Shown piece after piece: positions 7,459 through 12,165 of a stretch of 12,165 nt of DNA (its first letter is position 1; the number at the start of each line of letters is the position of its first letter). The stretch is from Myxococcota bacterium (GTDB taxonomy: Bacteria > Myxococcota > UBA4151). Under the pieces are notes generated by a model. The model saw only the letters and a program-made list of their open reading frames with translations, was not told where the DNA came from and ran no database searches. Location of the stretch: assembly GCA_040260805.1 (NCBI GenBank), contig JBDQPD010000106.1, positions 1 to 12,165 of the forward strand. The letters are read 5' to 3'. The position numbers and the translations under genes were made by a program.

Positions 7459-10400
7459 TTAAGGGTTCCAAATTCGAGTAAGATAGAAGACCGACGGCTT
7501 AGCGCCGACCTCTTCCAGAATGCGATATGAACGAACACCTGCAACCTGCTGTGAGATGCGAGTCTCAGCGTTGTTCACATCGCCAAAGGTAATGCAGTTG
7601 ACGGGGCAGGCTGACTCACATGCTGTTTGCAGCTCGCCGTCATCACGTACTTTTCGGTTTTCGCTACGTGCTTGAATCTTAGCCTTCTGCACACGTTGCG
7701 AACAGAACGAGCACTTCTCCATGACCCCGCGCGTACGGACCGTGACCTCCGGGTTGTACCGGTTGTTCAGGTCGCCTGCGTTGTTGTAGCGTGCATGGTT
7801 CTTACCTTCTGGGTTGACCATCGTGGTCAGCCAGTTGGTCCGCTCAAAGCTGTATTCGAACCAGTTGTAGCGTCGGACTTTATAAGCGCAGTTGTTGGCG
7901 CAATAACGGGTGCCGACGCAGCGGTTGTACACCTGCTGGTTAATGCCTTCATCATCATGCATCGAAGCCGTGAAGGGACACACCGTCTCACAACCTGCGT
8001 TTTCACAGTGTTGACACATCATCGGCTGGAAATGCACTTTTGGATTATCCAGCGCGCCTTCAGGAAGCGCCGCCAAATGATCCCAGTCCTGGTGCTTCGC
8101 CTCTGCTAGCGGGTTATCCAGCTGGGCATCAAACGAGTAGTAGCGATCGATGCGCAGCCAAGCCATCTCCCGATTGCTCAGGACGCCCTTTTTACCCACC
8201 ACCGAGATGTTATTTTCGCTCTGGCAGGCGATCACGCAAGCATTGCAACCCGTGCAGGTGTTGGTGTCGATGCTCATAGCCCAGCGGTAGCCCGGATACT
8301 CGTGACCGGCCCAATGGCTGGGTCCGGAGTGTCCGCCAACGAAGGTTTTGTTCTTGCCGTGTGGCTCGTAGGTAGCGCCGCCATATTCATGGTTGTAGTG
8401 GTGTTCACCACCGCCATGCTCGCCATGACCCTCGCCGTGAGCTTTACCCTGCCCATGATCAGCACCCTGCTTGGCTGCTGCAGTTGACTTGGTATTCCAA
8501 TCGGTCAGGCTTGATTCCGGACAAAGGGGACGCAGCTTGTTGTTCAGAAGGTCGGCGCGGATATCAATGCCTCGGCCGTCGCGCGGGTCATCGCCGCCGA
8601 TTCGAGGAATCTGTGTCCAGCCTTCGGCAGCTACCACTTCGCCGACCTGAGCGCGCCGGCCGTTGTTGGTCATCAGGCTGTAGGCGTTGACCCCAACACC
8701 GTTGCCCACGTCACCGACAGCCGTTCGTCCTAGACCGGCGTACAATACGACGGTTTTGTCCGCTAATCCGGGTTGCGTGACGATCGGTAGCGAGAGCCGG
8801 TTGTCGCCCACCGAAATCATGATCGAGTCGCCGTCCATGAGGTTCATCTCACGGGCTGTGCGCGGTCCGATCTGAGCGACGGACTCCCACACGACGTGAG
8901 TGATCGGGTCTGCTAGCTCCATCAACCAGCCGTTGTTCGCCTGAACACCTTCGCCATCTGCGAAGGCGTTACTCGACGCCAGCATGACATCCCAAGCATT
9001 ACTCAAAGCTATGGGGCCAGTTGGGAGCGTTTTGACACCCGCAGCGTTGAAATTCGTCGCCGGGGTGTTCGTCCCGATATCAAAATGGAAGCCATCCCGG
9101 AGCGCTTGATTGAAACTCCGCTTCGAGCCCGAGGCTGTTTTCTGCCGGAAGAAGCGAGCGTTCCAAGAGTCCTGAAGATAGTAATAGGCGGGAGAGGGAG
9201 CCTCACCTGCTTTAGCTGCCTTGCCTGCTTCAGTGACCGCCGAATGCAGCCGTCCGCCCATCGTCCAGGTCACCCGTCCGTTGGCATCCTTGAGGTTACC
9301 CCAAGCGATGAGGTGATCCAACAAGCCTCGGCTATCATTCATCGGCCGAATCGATGGCTGTTGGATCGCATGCATGCCGACCTCGGTCGCCGAATCGCCC
9401 CAGCATTCGAGATCGTGAGCAAGCGGAGCAAACCAGTTCGACTTCAGCCCTGTCTCGTCCAGTCGATCGCCGATATAAACGACATTCTTGACCTTCTCGA
9501 GCGCCGACTCAAAGCCAATCGCTGCCCCCAGATAGACCGGGTTGGTGTTGGCGATGATCAGCGTTTCAACCTGACCTTTGTTCAGCTCATCGATCAGCTC
9601 AAGCAAGGCTCGGAAACCCCGAGCGCCGCGGAGCGTGCCGTCCATAACGACCGTCTGTCCGATGTTCCCTAACAGGTGGTTGATGAGCAGCGCCATCTTA
9701 TCGAGTTCAACCGATCCGAGCACGCCGCCACCAAAGACAACACAGGAGCCTGCATGTTCGACCAAGCGACTCGCCAGCTCGGTCAAGTCTTCGGACTTAA
9801 CGCCTGTCTCAGTCGCAACTGCATTGACGTCGTAGCCCTTGAGTTGATCAAGAATGACCGCCGATGCGTTGCGTTGCTTGGCGATGAGATGAGCCAGCGC
9901 CCCAGCCAAGCCCAGCAGGTGCCCTTGACGCACTCGAAAGCGGCGATCGGCATTCGCACCGGTCATCGTCAATCGGGGTTCAAAGACGACCGTCGATGAC
10001 ATCTTGACCCCACGGTTCTCAACCGAGCGGCTTTTCGCCCAGTCGCTAGAGAAACGTTCTGGGCTGATGAAGTTGTCGAGGAAGTCGGCGCCAAACGAGA
10101 CGATCGTCCGTGCTTCCGCTAATCGATAATCAGGGAGTCCGTCCAATCCGTACAAGTCTTGAGCCGCTTGCCGAAGGTTGTCATGTCCGTCGGGTTGCCA
10201 GGCGACATGCATGGACGACACCGCAGCCCCACCAGCGACACCGCCGAGGAACTCGTAGATAGCTTCTTGAGTCGCGTGACCTGAAACCGGACCGGTCAAC
10301 AGTCTCGTCTTAGCGCCTGATGCTCGCACCGCTTCCACCACGGCTTTGTCCAGCGCCTGCCAATTCGAGGCTGTCGATTTGCCGCCCTTGACCTGAGCTG

Positions 10401-10866
10401 GACCAGTTGCCCTGTCCGGATCGTAAAGATCGAGGATCGCAGCCCCTTGACGAGCGGTGGTGCCGCAGGTGCCTGAGGGGTGGTTGAGGAGCGCCTCGAT
10501 GTGGATCGGCTTGCCCGCTCGGGTGCGAACCCTCGCCGGAGCGCCATGGATCGTTGTTGCGTAAAAGTTTGGGCGGCCCGGTTGGGTCTCTCCCTCGCGA
10601 TTGACGTATGGAACGATGGTTTCAACAGGAACTTGACAGCCCGTCGCTGCGGTCAGTCCAGCAGCCGCTGTTGCCGCACCGCTGAGGCGCATGAAATCCC
10701 TGCGGTCCATTTTGACCTGCTTGCCTCCATCCGGAAACTCGACCTGGATGGAGTTAGCTTGAGCAAGGTCGCCGTCAACCAGCGGAGGCGGGCTAATCGG
10801 GCGCCCTTGAGCGTCAAGTGCGTCACTCGAGATATCCTCGGTGCTAAGCCACACGTTTTTCGTCAT
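7459..10866 (-). CDS. actB: Alternative complex III subunit B: molybdopterin-oxidoreductase-like domain fused to a four-cluster Fe-S domain; Tat lipoprotein
   Basis: 1135 aa. Long N-region then Tat motif DRRDFMRL (R55-R56) and lipobox ATG|C77; IVPYV and LDLYDPDR. C-terminal Cys groups CTGCNACVIAC, CQHCENAGCETVCP, CVGTRYCANNC (3Fe-4S type) and CSFC...CESACP. Confidence 0.96.
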   Translation of the reverse strand: MTKNVWLSTEDISSDALDAQGRPISPPPLVDGDLAQANSIQVEFPDGGKQVKMDRRDFMRLSGAATAAAGLTAATGCQVPVETIVPYVNREGETQPGRPNFYATTIHGAPARVRTRAGKPIHIEALLNHPSGTCGTTARQGAAILDLYDPDRATGPAQVKGGKSTASNWQALDKAVVEAVRASGAKTRLLTGPVSGHATQEAIYEFLGGVAGGAAVSSMHVAWQPDGHDNLRQAAQDLYGLDGLPDYRLAEARTIVSFGADFLDNFISPERFSSDWAKSRSVENRGVKMSSTVVFEPRLTMTGANADRRFRVRQGHLLGLAGALAHLIAKQRNASAVILDQLKGYDVNAVATETGVKSEDLTELASRLVEHAGSCVVFGGGVLGSVELDKMALLINHLLGNIGQTVVMDGTLRGARGFRALLELIDELNKGQVETLIIANTNPVYLGAAIGFESALEKVKNVVYIGDRLDETGLKSNWFAPLAHDLECWGDSATEVGMHAIQQPSIRPMNDSRGLLDHLIAWGNLKDANGRVTWTMGGRLHSAVTEAGKAAKAGEAPSPAYYYLQDSWNARFFRQKTASGSKRSFNQALRDGFHFDIGTNTPATNFNAAGVKTLPTGPIALSNAWDVMLASSNAFADGEGVQANNGWLMELADPITHVVWESVAQIGPRTAREMNLMDGDSIMISVGDNRLSLPIVTQPGLADKTVVLYAGLGRTAVGDVGNGVGVNAYSLMTNNGRRAQVGEVVAAEGWTQIPRIGGDDPRDGRGIDIRADLLNNKLRPLCPESSLTDWNTKSTAAAKQGADHGQGKAHGEGHGEHGGGEHHYNHEYGGATYEPHGKNKTFVGGHSGPSHWAGHEYPGYRWAMSIDTNTCTGCNACVIACQSENNISVVGKKGVLSNREMAWLRIDRYYSFDAQLDNPLAEAKHQDWDHLAALPEGALDNPKVHFQPMMCQHCENAGCETVCPFTASMHDDEGINQQVYNRCVGTRYCANNCAYKVRRYNWFEYSFERTNWLTTMVNPEGKNHARYNNAGDLNNRYNPEVTVRTRGVMEKCSFCSQRVQKAKIQARSENRKVRDDGELQTACESACPVNCITFGDVNNAETRISQQVAGVRSYRILEEVGAKPSVFYLTRIWNP

Positions 10867-10876
10867 CTTCTCTTTT

Positions 10877-10883
10877 ACCTCCT
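10877..10883 (-). promoter_or_regulatory. Shine-Dalgarno AGGAGGT of actB, overlapping the actA stop codon
   Basis: Minus strand reads TAGGAGGTaaaagagaagATG. Supports the start at 10866 rather than the internal Met53. Confidence 0.85.
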
Positions 10884-11598
10884 ACCGATGGCAGGTTGTG
10901 CAGTTTTGAGGGCCGGCGATGTCGAGATGTGCTGCCTTAGCGTAATCGCTATATTCGCACTGACCGTCAGGGTTGCATGTTTGCATCCGCCTGCAGTCGT
11001 CGTCGTTCGAACACATTCCCGAATGTGCCGTTCCATTGTTCGCTCGGGTGACGTGACGAATAAGCTCGCCCTCTTCGTTCCACACAGGCGCATTGATGTA
11101 TCCCGGCTGTTGCCTATGGCAACTCAGGCACCAGCCCATGTTGAACGGAACGCTCACCTTCACTTTGTCCATCTTCTCGACCGGACCGTGGCATGTTGAG
11201 CATTCGATCTTAGCGGTCTTCACGTGCGGCTGATGAGAGAAGTACACATGGTCTGGCAGATCATGAACCTTCACCCACTCAATCGGTGTGTCGTTCTCAA
11301 AGTGTTCGCGCAGCTTGGCGAGGTGCACTGAATCTTCATCCGCCGTGTGCAAACGTTTGACCTGGTTGTGGCAATTCATGCAGATGTTGGTGCTAGGGAC
11401 TGTCGCATGACGGCCCTTCTCTACCTGCGTGTGACAATACTGACATTCGATCGCCATCTCGCCTGCGTGCAGCTTGTGGCTGAACGGGATGGGTTGCTCG
11501 GGCGCATACCCCGTCCGTGGCGAGAAACCTTGACCGGCCAGGAAAAACACCTCGCCTAGGACAAGAAGCGTAGAAATTCCCAAGAGGGCACGGATCAT
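10882..11598 (-). CDS. actA: Alternative complex III subunit A, pentaheme cytochrome c
   Basis: 238 aa. N-terminal TM anchor, GYAPEQPIPFSHKLHAG, five heme motifs (CQYCH, CMNCH, CSTCH, CLSCH, CTTCH), PIEWVKVHDLPDHVYFSH and MGWC. Confidence 0.96.
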   Translation of the reverse strand: MIRALLGISTLLVLGEVFFLAGQGFSPRTGYAPEQPIPFSHKLHAGEMAIECQYCHTQVEKGRHATVPSTNICMNCHNQVKRLHTADEDSVHLAKLREHFENDTPIEWVKVHDLPDHVYFSHQPHVKTAKIECSTCHGPVEKMDKVKVSVPFNMGWCLSCHRQQPGYINAPVWNEEGELIRHVTRANNGTAHSGMCSNDDDCRRMQTCNPDGQCEYSDYAKAAHLDIAGPQNCTTCHR

Positions 11599-11649
11599 CG
11601 CACGAAACCCTTCGTCAGTGCAGGTGCGCCCGAGGGCGCTTGGGGGTTC

Positions 11650-11663
11650 TCGACAGGCGTCAA
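11650..11663. promoter_or_regulatory. Candidate FNR/CRP-family box TTGAC-N4-GTCGA
   Basis: Minus strand TTGACgcctGTCGA, one mismatch from the palindrome TTGAC-N4-GTCAA and resembling the FNR consensus TTGAT-N4-ATCAA. It ends 52 nt upstream of the actA ATG. Confidence 0.35.
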
Positions 11664-11716
11664 AACGGGTTCAAACACGGGACGCTGCCGGTGCCGTTTA
11701 GTCATGACTTGCCGCG

Positions 11717-11733
11717 CTGGCAAGCGCTTCGCA
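11717..11733 (+). promoter_or_regulatory. Candidate sigma-54 (-24/-12) promoter
   Basis: CTGGCAAGCGCTTCGCA has exact GG-N10-GC spacing (GG 11719-11720, GC 11731-11732) and is close to YTGGCACGRNNNTTGCW. It faces the gene at 11930. Confidence 0.35.
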
Positions 11734-11771
11734 CAGGTTTTTACCGATCGATGACATCCGCCGAACTTAAA

Positions 11772-11777
11772 ATTATA
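11772..11777 (-). promoter_or_regulatory. Candidate sigma-70 -10 element (TATAAT) of the act-hem operon
   Basis: Perfect TATAAT in the conspicuous AT-rich patch (ttaaaattata) of a GC-rich intergenic region, oriented toward actA. No good -35 at 17 bp (GCCTCG). Confidence 0.55.
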
Positions 11778-11929
11778 GCTGGCGCGGCGATTAGCGAGGC
11801 ATCTCAGATGGCGTCCTGCTGCTTCTCTGATAATCTGTAGAGCGACGCACAGGCGGACCAAGTGGCCGCAGGATCTGAGGTTGTCGGTAGAGTGTCTTCT
11901 CGGGTACGGGGGGGCAATAAGGGAGTCTT

Positions 11930-12165
11930 ATGAAGCGCTTTATGGTCATGGTTTCGGTATTTTTGGTTTGGGGAGGCGAAGCGCTTGCCCAGGAAATGCC
12001 TGAGGTGAGCGTTCGTCAGGTTCGTGCGCTCAATGGCGAGGGAGATGGGTCTGCGCTCGAGGCTGAACTCGTTCGAGTGACCGGGGTCACGACCACCGGT
12101 GGCCGCCAATACGCGCCAACGTCCAATTGCGACAGTCCGCCGTGCACTCCAGGCGTCGGGTTTTA
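11930..12165 (+). CDS. Secreted protein, N-terminal 78 codons (truncated); begins with a probable OB-fold module like those of extracellular nucleases (YhcR/ExeM-like)
   Basis: Manual translation: MKRFMVMVSVFLVWGGEALA|QEMPEVSVRQVRALNGEGDGSALEAELVRVTGVTTTGGRQYAPTSNCDSPPCTPGVGF... RBS AAGGGAG just upstream, Ala-X-Ala cleavage site, and the pattern S.L....V.V.GV.T...GF. The gene call is firm and the family call tentative. Not in the ORF track. Confidence 0.8.
   Translation, partial: MKRFMVMVSVFLVWGGEALAQEMPEVSVRQVRALNGEGDGSALEAELVRVTGVTTTGGRQYAPTSNCDSPPCTPGVGF

Noticed and set aside
7459..10866. Calling ActB an active molybdoenzyme (polysulfide, tetrathionate or DMSO reductase), or calling the cluster Qrc/Nrf
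   Set aside because: The actA-F gene order with DUF3341, monoheme ActE and ActF identifies ACIII, whose B subunit is known to lack the Mo cofactor. No N-terminal FS0 Cys cluster motif is present.
10957..11013. A sixth canonical heme site in ActA
   Set aside because: None of the four extra Cys is followed by His or has CxxCH spacing, so it is reported as a Cys module instead.
10480..11199. 239-aa plus-strand ORF, and other long plus-strand ORFs (1684..2256, 3649..4137, 7627..8109, 9085..9672)
   Set aside because: They are antisense shadows of well-supported genes in GC-rich DNA and have no recognisable motifs.
11595..11861. 88-aa minus-strand ORF as a full gene
   Set aside because: It spans the candidate TATAAT promoter and has no clear RBS or protein-like features. 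Only its 3' 36 codons are kept as a speculative leader ORF.
11826..11893. Plus-strand sigma-70 -10 candidates (GATAAT near 11829, TAGAGT near 11888)
   Set aside because: They are imperfect and lack a matching -35, so they cannot be distinguished from chance.
11804..12165. Minus-strand frame open to the right edge (101-aa ORF in the track)
   Set aside because: It is antisense to the plus-strand gene at 11930, which has an RBS and signal peptide, and its composition is not protein-like.

Overview
About 11.6 kb of the window is one tightly packed minus-strand operon. It encodes a complete Alternative Complex III (ACIII, quinol:electron-acceptor oxidoreductase; actA-actB-actC-actD-actE-actF), then an unknown secreted Ala/Pro-rich protein, heme O synthase (ctaB/cyoE) and the tetrapyrrole genes hemC-hemD-hemL (hemL runs off the left edge and is missing from the ORF track). 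A 331-bp divergent control region (11599..11929) separates it from a plus-strand gene for a secreted, probably OB-fold protein that runs off the right edge (also missing from the ORF track). ACIII itself is a known system. The unusual points are: (i) the operon runs straight into heme biosynthesis with no heme-copper oxidase or SCO genes between actF and ctaB; (ii) an orphan exported protein sits in the actG slot; (iii) a four-cysteine CxxDxDC module is inserted between hemes 4 and 5 of ActA; (iv) an 11-His stretch lies next to the Fe-S domain of ActB; (v) the leader is dense in candidate regulatory motifs. No RNA genes, mobile elements or CRISPR arrays were seen. All family calls come from motif recognition, not database searches.
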